From: an uncultured Aquimonas sp.
GTDB lineage: Bacteria; Pseudomonadota; Gammaproteobacteria; Xanthomonadales; Xanthomonadaceae
Reading direction: 5' to 3'
Assembly (NCBI GenBank): GCA_964536455.1
Contig: CAZHXV010000001.1
Span: 1,760 to 65,759 of the forward strand
DNA length: 64,000 nucleotides
This document shows positions 10,573 to 18,762 of the stretch, in pieces; position 1 is the first letter of the stretch, and every line of letters starts with the position of its first letter. The translations under genes were made by a program, and so were the position numbers. The notes under the pieces are model-generated. The model did not search any database. It worked only from the letters and a program-made list of their open reading frames with translations, and was not told the origin of the DNA.

Positions 10573-10708
10573 GCATCGGCAAACCATGGCGACGTTCCTG
10601 AAGCCGAGCGTGCCCGGCTCCAGGTGAGGCAAGCGGAAGAGTGTTCGATGCAGGGATGCCTCCGCTTCTCGCAGAATGACATGGTGCCTCAGGTGGGTGT
10701 ATCACTCA

Positions 10709-11446
10709 TCATCGCGCCAGCGCCTCGCGGGATGTCAGCGCATGGTCGAGAAAGGCTTCGAGACTGTCCGCTGTATCGGCGTCAGTGCGCAGCCGGATGC
10801 GCAGGTGGTCTGGCCCGGCAATCAGGATCGGAAACGCCTTCTCGTCGCGATGCGTGCCAAGCCAGTTTTTCAGCGGCGGGGTGTAGGCGGCAGTGATTTT
10901 GTCCACAGGCGTACCCTCTGTGGCGAAGACGGTTGCGTCGGAGATGTCGGCATCCTTGACGAGTTGAAGATCGCCGACGCTTTCGGAGTCGCCGCCGAGC
11001 AGTTTGGACAACAGCATCTGGCTGAGCCCGCCACCGAACCGACCGAACAGCATGGCGGCGGCTTCAGCTTCCTTTTCGGGGATGGCGGGGCCGATGACCA
11101 CCATCGCGTTGGACAGATTGGCGGCTGGATCGATGAACTCGGTTTTCCGTACATGGCCGCCCTTCCCGGTGTTCCGATAGCGCGTCACCTCGCACGACCA
11201 GTTCGATCCGTCTGTGGGGCGAATCTCGATGCGATAGCCACGCCCACCGGACGCCATCTTGCGTTCCACGCTCCAGCCACGCCGTTTGGCCAGTTTCCGA
11301 AGCGATTCGGAGTCCAGTGTGTTGGGCCGGCCGACGAAGAAGTAGAGGCCCACCATCGTGGCAAGGATCAGGGCAAGGATCACGAATGCCTGGATCATGC
11401 CCAAAGGTGCAAACGTCGCGTCGATCACTTCACCAATCACCTTCAT
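10709..11446 (-). CDS. Hypothetical membrane-anchored protein
   Basis: 245-aa ORF, N-terminal TM, AGGAGAG RBS. Confidence 0.7.
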   Translation of the reverse strand: MKVIGEVIDATFAPLGMIQAFVILALILATMVGLYFFVGRPNTLDSESLRKLAKRRGWSVERKMASGGRGYRIEIRPTDGSNWSCEVTRYRNTGKGGHVRKTEFIDPAANLSNAMVVIGPAIPEKEAEAAAMLFGRFGGGLSQMLLSKLLGGDSESVGDLQLVKDADISDATVFATEGTPVDKITAAYTPPLKNWLGTHRDEKAFPILIAGPDHLRIRLRTDADTADSLEAFLDHALTSREALAR

Positions 11447-11478
11447 TCATGCCTCTCCTGCGCACCGAAAAAACATTC

Positions 11479-12543
11479 TCATGTCCATGTAATCGTGATC
11501 CGCGATGGCGCGTCCGAGCCATGCGTGCGCAGCCAGCGGTAGCGTCGCCAGCCGAGGAACGCTGGAAGCAGGGAGAGCGGCAAACAGGCCAATGCGATCC
11601 AGCCGAAGACATGGGCCGTCGCCACTGCGCGGGCGAGATAGCCGCTGCGGAACGCCTCGAAACTGCCGTAGGCGATTACCCGCGTCGCATTCAATGCGCT
11701 GTGCGTTTCACCGCGGTCGATGGCGCGCAGTTCACCGGGATCGGCCCAGATGACGACGGGATCGCCCTCCCGCAAGCAGTGCTGGAAGGCATATGGGCCG
11801 CAGTCCGGCCAGTTGCTCGCCTGTATTCTCCGGGCGACGCCCTGAACCCTTATTTCCGCGCCATCGGCCATTCGCATTACGTAGGAAGAAGGTAGATGCG
11901 TGGCGAAGTCGCTGGAGAAGCCGACAGCCCGATGCCCGTTGTAATAGGCGAGGTAGTCTCCGCCTTCGGTGGTCTGGCGTTTGGCGGGATCACCGATGCG
12001 GCCAGCGGCGAAGATGCCGTTGTAGCGCGTGCCCCAGGGTTGTTTCCACAGTGCAGCGATCTCCGTGCCCGTCGTGGCGATGGCATGATTCGGCAGCGCG
12101 TTGATATCGACGGCCTTGAGCCAGGCACCGAGGCTGCACGCCAGCAGTGCGAAGGAAAGCGCGCAGCACAACAGAAGGATCGGCAGCGCCGCATGTTTCG
12201 CTGTCGTCTTTGGAAAGACAACGCGAACCAGCAGCCACACCAGCAGCCAGACGAATGCCGCCCCAATGGCTAAGGCCATGAACTCCTCGAAGATCGGGCC
12301 GTTCGCGTCCGGCGAGGTCAGGAAGACGGCAACGAGCGCAACTGAGGACAGCGCGACGATGACAGGTGGCCGCCACAGGCTTTCCCGATAATTCCACAGA
12401 AGGAAAGCCGCCAAAGCGACGATGGCGGCAACGAGAATCAGCCGCAGATGGTCGCTGTCGGCGCGGCCGCTCAGCCATGCAAGCATACCGGCCACGACGA
12501 GCATGAGGCCGAGATTGGCGAACTCCCGCAGTCTTGCCGTCAC
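11479..12543 (-). CDS. Hypothetical multi-pass membrane protein with extracytoplasmic domain
   Basis: 5 N-terminal TMs, soluble domain, C-terminal TM; GTGA overlap with upstream gene. Confidence 0.75.
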   Translation of the reverse strand: MTARLREFANLGLMLVVAGMLAWLSGRADSDHLRLILVAAIVALAAFLLWNYRESLWRPPVIVALSSVALVAVFLTSPDANGPIFEEFMALAIGAAFVWLLVWLLVRVVFPKTTAKHAALPILLLCCALSFALLACSLGAWLKAVDINALPNHAIATTGTEIAALWKQPWGTRYNGIFAAGRIGDPAKRQTTEGGDYLAYYNGHRAVGFSSDFATHLPSSYVMRMADGAEIRVQGVARRIQASNWPDCGPYAFQHCLREGDPVVIWADPGELRAIDRGETHSALNATRVIAYGSFEAFRSGYLARAVATAHVFGWIALACLPLSLLPAFLGWRRYRWLRTHGSDAPSRITITWT

Positions 12544-13208
12544 CAGCCCACCTCCTGGCGCGCGACGATGACGTCGTAGCCGGTCGCAACCGTCACCACG
12601 ATCTTCCAGACAGCGAAGGTGCCGGTGAAGCCTTGCACCAGGGTGAAATAGGTGAGCGTCACATGGCCGCGCCGGGTGGTGATCGCGGGCGGATGGACCG
12701 CAGCCGGCGGCTCGAAGCCCGAACTGCGCATCACATCATCGTCGAACAGGAACTCGGCCCGATCCGTGCGGTTGAGGCAGAAGGTCACCCTGCGGACGAT
12801 ATCGTCGAGCGGCATTCGGTTCGGTGGATCGAGAACATGCATCGCGCGCATCAGCGCCGACAGGCCGCCGGGGCGACCGATGCCGCCCTTGTAACCCTCG
12901 AAGGCGATCTGGATGCCCGGGCCCGGCCCGGCAAAGCCGTTGACGAGTGGCCTCAGATTGGCATCGAGGGCGGTCCACGCATGAAGTGGGCCAGTCTTCA
13001 GTGCGGCAAGGGAGCTGATGTTTTCCACTCCGGTGAGCGGATGAACCTCGAAGCTGCCGGGCACCAGTCCCAGCGAATCGACAAGGCTGCGTGCGAAGAT
13101 TTCGCGGGCGATGTCCGCGCTGCGCTTCGTGCCGGGTGCCTGCGCCATGACGCGCCCTGCCCACAGGACAGTGCCCGCGAGTCCGGCCAGCATTTCGCGG
13201 CGGCGCAT
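12540..13208 (-). CDS. Exported hypothetical protein with Tat-like signal
   Basis: MRRREMLAGLAGTVLWAGRVMA-Q leader; coupled to downstream gene. Confidence 0.65.
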   Translation of the reverse strand: MRRREMLAGLAGTVLWAGRVMAQAPGTKRSADIAREIFARSLVDSLGLVPGSFEVHPLTGVENISSLAALKTGPLHAWTALDANLRPLVNGFAGPGPGIQIAFEGYKGGIGRPGGLSALMRAMHVLDPPNRMPLDDIVRRVTFCLNRTDRAEFLFDDDVMRSSGFEPPAAVHPPAITTRRGHVTLTYFTLVQGFTGTFAVWKIVVTVATGYDVIVARQEVGW

Positions 13209-13278
13209 CAGTGCGTCAACCCGCACATCATCACGATGGTGCAAACGCATGGCGGCAGATGGTCGGCGGGGTTCATGC

Positions 13279-13878
13279 TCATTGCAGGAGGCTCTCGGTG
13301 AAGCGTGGTGGATTGTCTGGCGCAAGCACGAAATCAGCGCGGTAAACGCTGACGAGTCCGGTGTGGCCGCCGCGCTCGACGAACCAGGTGGCGCGGATCG
13401 TGCCATTGGCGTCTTGCGCTACCACAGAGGTCGTCACCTGCGTGTGCTGCGGGTGCCAGTCGATCAGGCGATTGCCCGTGCCGGGTTGGTAGAGCCACAT
13501 CAGTCTCCGCACGATGGCATCGGTCGGAACCGGCGATTGCTGCACGCCAGCCGCTTCGAGCAAGTGGCGGATGGCATCGGGGAATCGGGCTGTGACGACG
13601 CAACCGTCTGCCGTCGCAAAGCCGCGCGGGCCGGGGTCCACCTCCGGCCAGTCCGCCCTCAACGCGAAGAAGGGGGGCGTTGCCAAAGGATCGAAAGGAT
13701 TGTCCGGTAGGCCTGGATGTTGTGGCTGGACGACAATTTTCTCGATATCGATCCCGTAAACCGCGGCCAGTGCCTGCGCGAACGCTTCGCGCGCGGAGGC
13801 CAATGGCTCGATTGCGTGGCATGTCGTCGTCTGGAGCATGAGCAGCAGGCAGAAAAGGGCGCGCTTCATTGGCTTCAT
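13279..13878 (-). CDS. Exported hypothetical protein (Sec signal)
   Basis: MKRALFCLLLMLQTTTCHA signal peptide; 199 aa. Confidence 0.65.
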   Translation of the reverse strand: MKPMKRALFCLLLMLQTTTCHAIEPLASAREAFAQALAAVYGIDIEKIVVQPQHPGLPDNPFDPLATPPFFALRADWPEVDPGPRGFATADGCVVTARFPDAIRHLLEAAGVQQSPVPTDAIVRRLMWLYQPGTGNRLIDWHPQHTQVTTSVVAQDANGTIRATWFVERGGHTGLVSVYRADFVLAPDNPPRFTESLLQ

Positions 13879-13986
13879 CGAGCTGGTTTGCGGGCAGGAG
13901 GATGGGCGCAGCCAATATTCGCGCGCCCCGTTTTTGAACGGAATCGATCAATGCAAGCCGTCTTTAGAGCAGTTTTTCAAGCCGAT

Positions 13987-14397
13987 CTATTGCCACAGAT
14001 CGCCCCATTGGCCGGCATCCCATTGCAGAAAACTCCCGCACTGGACGACGACGCTGTCGATGGGCGCATGGCCCATGCTGCCGCTGGCGTTGCTGATCTG
14101 GCAGCCCGGGCCGCTTGATGGCTGAGTCTGGATACTGACGCTCCAGGCCACGCCGAAACCCAGCAGCGTAGTGAAGCGCCAGGGGCCGTTGCTGGGGATG
14201 GACAGGTTCTCGCTCACGGTGCCTGCGGCCAGGTGCAGCACCAGACCGCTACCCGCCAATCCGGACGCCGTGCCGCCCACGGTACAGCAGGCTTCGAAGC
14301 CATCGTGGAAGATCGCGTCCTCCGCGCCCTTGGGCGCGGCGACGGCGGGCGATGCCAGCACGGTGGCGAACAGGGCCGATACGAGGAAATCGCGCAT
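13987..14397 (-). CDS. Small secreted beta-sandwich protein with DAIFHDGFE motif
   Basis: Signal peptide, then TVGGTASGLAGSGLVL...VSIQTQPS..C.I.NASG......V.V.C repeat unit typical of surface proteins; starts 1 nt after upstream stop. Confidence 0.75.
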   Translation of the reverse strand: MRDFLVSALFATVLASPAVAAPKGAEDAIFHDGFEACCTVGGTASGLAGSGLVLHLAAGTVSENLSIPSNGPWRFTTLLGFGVAWSVSIQTQPSSGPGCQISNASGSMGHAPIDSVVVQCGSFLQWDAGQWGDLWQ

Positions 14398-14398
14398 G

Positions 14399-15442
14399 TC
14401 AGTAGTTCTCGAACAGGCTGCCGGCCCGCCAATCGTCCAGGCCCGTCGCCGAGCGATTGGTGCCGCCGCTGACCGAGGCGCCGTTGCCGCTGGCCGTGTT
14501 GGCATTGCCGCCGCTGACCGAGGCGCGCAGGCCGCTGGCCGTATTGGATTCCCCGCCACTGACGACGGCTTGATCGCCGCTTGCCTTGTTGAAGAGACCA
14601 CCGCTGACAGCGGCCGTATCTCCGCTGGCGATGTTGGCGCTGCCACCGCTGACCGAGGCATAGATGCCGTTGACGATGTTGTTGAAACCGGCCACAAGGC
14701 CGCCAAAGCCGGTGTAGCCGTTCCTGTTGCCCAATATCAGGTTGTGCGAGCCGCTGCGCTGGTTGGCGGCCCAGGTTCCGCCATTGGATACGCAGGTCGT
14801 ATAGTTGGTGTTGTATTCACCAAGCGAACAGAATTGCGCGAGTCCGGGGAGTTCGTTGTAACCGATGATCAGGTTGCCAACGCCGTTGCGGGTTGGGGTG
14901 GTGCCTTCGCCATTGACCACCTGCACATTGACCCCGGAAAAGCGTGCGGTGGATTGGCCGGTGCGGGGATCAATGGTCAGCTCCAGCACCTCATCGAGAT
15001 CCAATACGGTGTTGGCCTGCACGGCGCTCATGTTCGATTGCAATGTGGCGATGGTCGTGGCCTGAGCCGTGATCGTGTTCTGCATGCTCGCGATCTGGCC
15101 TTGCGCAACCGCCAGGTTGCCTTGCAGTGTCGTCGATGCCGCTTCCAGTGCAGCGATGGCCGTGGCCTGAGCCGTAATCGTGTTCTGCATGCTCGCGATC
15201 TGGCCTTGCGCAACCGCCAGGCTGCCTTGCAGTGTCGTCAATGCCGCTTCCAGTGCAGCGATGCGGGTGTCGTTGTCGTCCACGGCAGTCTTGGTGGCGC
15301 TGAAATTCGCATTCACCTGAGCCGCCACCGCAGGCGTGTTGGCGCTGAAGCTGTGGGGAATGACGAGTTCCCCGGCGCGACTTGCGCCGCAGGCCAAGGC
15401 AAAGGGCGCGGCAAGCAGAAAAAGACGGATGAAGCGGATCAT
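14399..15442 (-). CDS. Secreted trimeric fibre/adhesin-like protein (coiled coil + SVSGGxxNxASG beta-roll repeats)
   Basis: Signal peptide, heptad region with duplicated 35-aa unit, NGVGNLIIGYNE motif, 14-aa Gly/Ser repeats; GAGGAG RBS. Confidence 0.8.
   Translation of the reverse strand: MIRFIRLFLLAAPFALACGASRAGELVIPHSFSANTPAVAAQVNANFSATKTAVDDNDTRIAALEAALTTLQGSLAVAQGQIASMQNTITAQATAIAALEAASTTLQGNLAVAQGQIASMQNTITAQATTIATLQSNMSAVQANTVLDLDEVLELTIDPRTGQSTARFSGVNVQVVNGEGTTPTRNGVGNLIIGYNELPGLAQFCSLGEYNTNYTTCVSNGGTWAANQRSGSHNLILGNRNGYTGFGGLVAGFNNIVNGIYASVSGGSANIASGDTAAVSGGLFNKASGDQAVVSGGESNTASGLRASVSGGNANTASGNGASVSGGTNRSATGLDDWRAGSLFENY
15048..15263. repeat. Near-perfect 105-bp tandem duplication inside the adhesin coiled coil
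   Basis: Copies begin at 15048 and 15153 (GCGATGG[T/C]CGTGGCCTGAGCCGT...) with only a few mismatches. Confidence 0.95.
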
Positions 15443-15483
15443 GCTGGAGCTCCTCGGAAACGGCTGAAACCTGTCGCCTGCCC

Positions 15484-15499
15484 AGCAATCGCCATGCCA
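15484..15499 (-). promoter_or_regulatory. Sigma54 (-24/-12) promoter
   Basis: Minus strand TGGCATGGCGATTGCT = TGGCAY-N5-TTGCW, about 42 nt upstream of ATG 15442. Confidence 0.75.
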
Positions 15500-15517
15500 T
15501 TCGATCAAATCCTTGAA

Positions 15518-15530
15518 AATCAATTATTTA
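15518..15530 (+). promoter_or_regulatory. IHF-binding site
   Basis: AATCAATTATTTA matches WATCAANNNNTTR, in an AT-rich patch just upstream of the sigma54 promoter. Confidence 0.6.
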
Positions 15531-16760
15531 ATAAAATTTCCGACAAGCACCGCCTGCCGACTGTCGCAAATGCGGGACAGCCGTCGTCCCGTCATCAGGA
15601 CAGTCTCTTGGGACGAACCTGGCGACACCGCGACTGTAGCGGCGATTGATCGCATCCAGCGTCGCCATCAGCTTGTCGTTGCCAGCCGTGGGCGGTGAGA
15701 ACAGGTCTCCTTGCAGGTCGCGCGGGCGCGCGAGGTCGGTGAGCCAGATTCCGGCCTTCTTGTAGCCGAAGCCATCGCGCAGGAAGCGCCTATCCAGCAC
15801 GCCGCGCAGCGTGGTGAGCAGCAGGCGCGTGTCGGCAGTCGGGACGGCCAGGTTCACCATCTTGTGCGGATGGTGCTGGCGCAGCTCGGCGCGGAAGGTG
15901 TCGGTGGTTGCGAAGACGCCCATTGCGGCGGCAACGAGGCCGCGTGCGCGCAGCTTTTCGGCAGCGCGGATGCAGAAGGTTGCCATTGCCTGCCCGATGG
16001 CGTCGTGATCTTCGACGCGCTGGCCGAAGCTGCGGCTCACCATGATCTGTTGGCGATCCGGCTCGACTTCTTCCAGTTCCATGCCGGACTGACCTTGCAG
16101 CTCTCGCACCGTGCGCGCCAGGGTCACGCCGAAGGCGGAAAGGATGTCGTCGAACGGCGCATCGCGCAGGTGTGCGGCGGTGGTGATGCCGCGTTCGGCC
16201 AGTCGCGCAGCAAAGCGCGGCCCAACGCCCCACACGTCCGCCACCGGGAAGTCGGCAAGCACCCGCGCACGCGCAGCGGCATCGGTGAGATCGACCACGC
16301 CCTCACCACGCTTGGCCTGCTTGTTCGCCAGTTTCGCCAGGGTTTTCGTCTGCGCGATGCCAATGCAGTTCGGGATGCCAGTCCAGCGATGAATCTTGGT
16401 TCGCAGGTCATGGGCGAAGGCCACACGATCACGCATGCCGCGAAGATCGAGGAAGGATTCGTCTACCGAATAGACTTCCACGCGCGGCGCGGCATCGCGC
16501 AGGATGGCAACCACGCGCGCTGACATATCGCCGTAGAGCGTGAAGTTAGCCGAGCGCACCGCCAGCTTGCGCCGAATTTCCGGTGGCACCTCGAAGATCG
16601 GCTGCGCCATGCAAATGCCGAGCGCCTTGGCTTCCGCCGACCGCGCGATGCAGCAGCCGTCGTTGTTGGAAAGCACCACTAGCGGCTTGTTGCGAAGCTC
16701 CGGCTGGAATACGCGCTCGCAGGAGGCGTAGAAGTTGTTGCCATCAAGTAGGGCGAACAC
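15528..16760 (-). CDS. umuC: Y-family DNA polymerase V subunit; C-terminus appears truncated or replaced
   Basis: (M)FALLDGNNFYASCERVF, VVLSNNDGC, YSVDESF, KTLAKLAN, SRSFG, YKKAG; the usual terminal W.M....SP.YTT motif is absent. Confidence 0.88.
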   Translation of the reverse strand: MFALLDGNNFYASCERVFQPELRNKPLVVLSNNDGCCIARSAEAKALGICMAQPIFEVPPEIRRKLAVRSANFTLYGDMSARVVAILRDAAPRVEVYSVDESFLDLRGMRDRVAFAHDLRTKIHRWTGIPNCIGIAQTKTLAKLANKQAKRGEGVVDLTDAAARARVLADFPVADVWGVGPRFAARLAERGITTAAHLRDAPFDDILSAFGVTLARTVRELQGQSGMELEEVEPDRQQIMVSRSFGQRVEDHDAIGQAMATFCIRAAEKLRARGLVAAAMGVFATTDTFRAELRQHHPHKMVNLAVPTADTRLLLTTLRGVLDRRFLRDGFGYKKAGIWLTDLARPRDLQGDLFSPPTAGNDKLMATLDAINRRYSRGVARFVPRDCPDDGTTAVPHLRQSAGGACRKFY

Positions 16761-16765
16761 AACGC

Positions 16766-17248
16766 TCAGCCCCGCAACGCACCGTTGCGCGCCGGATACC
16801 GCGCTACGCCCGTCACCGGATACAGCTCGACCTCCGTGCCCGGAGGAAGCACGATGTTCTGGAACCGCGGATTGCGGCTGTGCAGTTCGATGTGATCGGG
16901 CTTGATGCACAGCACCTTGCACGTCGGCTGGTTGCCTTCCCACACCGCCAGCACGATGTCGCCGTCCTTCACGTCCACCGACCGATCCACGATAAGAATG
17001 TCGCCGTCGCGGATGCCGACGAGGATCATCGACCAGCCTTCGGCCCGATACAGAAAGGTCGCGGGGGCGTTTCGAATCAGCAACTCGTTCAGGTCAACCG
17101 AATCGTCCTGAAAGTCCTCAGCGGGCGACGGGAACCCCAAGGCAGCGCGCGCAGCGCCCATCGGCAGCGGAACGGAAACCGGATACAGCCGTGCCGGGCC
17201 AAGCGGCAGGACAGCGGCATCGAACAGGGAAATCGGAATGGCGGACAT
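16766..17248 (-). CDS. umuD: DNA polymerase V accessory subunit (S24 peptidase)
   Basis: GFPSPAEDF...DLNELLIRNAPATF..RAEGWSM..GI.DGD..IVDRS, TCK. Confidence 0.92.
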   Translation of the reverse strand: MSAIPISLFDAAVLPLGPARLYPVSVPLPMGAARAALGFPSPAEDFQDDSVDLNELLIRNAPATFLYRAEGWSMILVGIRDGDILIVDRSVDVKDGDIVLAVWEGNQPTCKVLCIKPDHIELHSRNPRFQNIVLPPGTEVELYPVTGVARYPARNGALRG

Positions 17249-17301
17249 GGCGGCGGAGCTTCGGGCAGGCCCGTCTCAGGAATTGCGACGGGGCGAACAC
17301 G

Positions 17302-17317
17302 TTAGCAGAATGACTAA
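17302..17317. promoter_or_regulatory. Xanthomonadales-type LexA (SOS) box
   Basis: TTAG-CAGAATGA-CTAA palindrome between divergent umuD and SRAP; one mismatch to TTAG-N6-TACTA. Confidence 0.65.
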
Positions 17318-17376
17318 TGCCGCGCCTGAAGGCCGCCCGGCCTGCACGAATCCGGCGCTTCCCCGACAATTCGCCC

Positions 17377-18054
17377 ATGTGCAACCGCTACATCGCGCCC
17401 GACCGCGCCGAAATCGAACGCCAGTGGGGTATCGACCGCAGTCGCGCCGAGCTGGCTTGGACTGCCGCCATCCACCCGCGTTCGTCAGGGCCATTCCTGC
17501 GCGCCGCCGAAGGCGGAACGGAACTGGTCGTCGGCCAGTGGGGCTTGATACCGCACTTCGCCAAGGCTGCGAAGCTGCCGTACTCCACCAACAATGCGCG
17601 CGCCGAAGAACTGGCGCAGAAACCCACCTACCGCGACCCGTGGAGACGCGGCCAGCGGTGCATCATTCCAGCGGCGAACTTCGACGAACCCAACTGGGAA
17701 ACCGGCAAGAACGTGTGGTGGCGCTTCCGCCGCGCCGACGGCGCGCTATGGGGGCTGGCCGGTCTGTGGAACACCTGGATCGACCGCGCCACGGGCGAAG
17801 TGGTCGAGAGCTACACCATGCTCACGCTCAATGCCGACGAGCATCCGCTGATGCGGCGGATGCATAAGCCCGATCCGGCTTATGGCCCGGACGAGCAGGA
17901 CAAGCGTTCCGTGGTGCCGGTGGAACTGCGCGACGTGGCGACGTGGTTGCGCGGATCGCAAGCGGAAGCGACGGCGCTGCTACGGCTTGCGCCGGTGGAT
18001 GTGTTCGAGGCTGGGCCTGCGGAAGGCAGCGCGCGGCAGGCGGCGTTGATGTGA
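17377..18054 (+). CDS. SOS response-associated peptidase (SRAP/YedK/HMCES family)
   Basis: N-terminal MCNRY, WGLIP, NARAE, RCIIPA..F.EP, AGLW. Confidence 0.92.
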   Translation: MCNRYIAPDRAEIERQWGIDRSRAELAWTAAIHPRSSGPFLRAAEGGTELVVGQWGLIPHFAKAAKLPYSTNNARAEELAQKPTYRDPWRRGQRCIIPAANFDEPNWETGKNVWWRFRRADGALWGLAGLWNTWIDRATGEVVESYTMLTLNADEHPLMRRMHKPDPAYGPDEQDKRSVVPVELRDVATWLRGSQAEATALLRLAPVDVFEAGPAEGSARQAALM

Positions 18055-18058
18055 TCGG

Positions 18059-18760
18059 CTACGGGCCGAGATAGCCGCGTGCCGCGCCGAAGTTCGGCGC
18101 GTATTCCATGCCGAGCGCATCGAACTCGGCGCGCAAGGCCGTAGGCAGTTTTTTGGCCTGATCCAGATAGTCGTTCGTGTTCGAGGACAGGAAAACGACC
18201 TTCGAGGACAGCCCGCCATTCCGCAATCGTTGGATGGCTTCGAGATAGGTTTCGATGACGATGCAGTCCTTGAGCGAATCCTTGGCCTTTTGCGCGGGCG
18301 CGATGGCGCGATAGACGCGATCAAAAGCGCGGTCACGAATCTGCGCCGACTGTGGCGCGCTTTCGCATGCACCAAGAAGCCGTTCCGAAACGGCACGTGC
18401 GCGGGCGGAATGTCCAAGGATGTGGCCAGTCGCGGCGCTGCCGTTGGCTCCGAGGTGCTTGGCGATTTCGTCGATGCGACGAATCTTTTCGGCGAACTTC
18501 TGCAATTTCTCGCCGCACTCCTTTTCGACATGATCGACGTGTTCGGAAAACTCGATGCGGGCTTGGTCGCACACCAGCGCGACAAGGGATTTCTGAGGTT
18601 CGATTCGATCCAGAAGATCGAGAGCAACGGCAAAATCGGAGGGTCGCGCCTCGTCGCGCGTAGGGTCGCGCATGATGTCCAGAATCGAGCAGGTGTCGAG
18701 GCACAGCACAGGCAGGTTCGCCTGCACCAAGCGCGACACGTCGGCGGGTTGAAGCCCCAT
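18059..18760 (-). CDS. PIN-domain protein (DUF4935-like predicted RNase)
   Basis: LCLDTCSILD, KDSLKDCIVIETYL and VFLSSNTNDY acidic motifs. Confidence 0.75.
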   Translation of the reverse strand: MGLQPADVSRLVQANLPVLCLDTCSILDIMRDPTRDEARPSDFAVALDLLDRIEPQKSLVALVCDQARIEFSEHVDHVEKECGEKLQKFAEKIRRIDEIAKHLGANGSAATGHILGHSARARAVSERLLGACESAPQSAQIRDRAFDRVYRAIAPAQKAKDSLKDCIVIETYLEAIQRLRNGGLSSKVVFLSSNTNDYLDQAKKLPTALRAEFDALGMEYAPNFGAARGYLGP

Positions 18761-18762
18761 GC

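Noticed and set aside
7864..10632. 922-aa minus-strand ORF, and similar long ORFs at 21755-24493 (+), 33821-36448 (+), 61613-63283 (+)
   Set aside because: Antisense shadows of well-supported high-GC genes; no recognisable motifs
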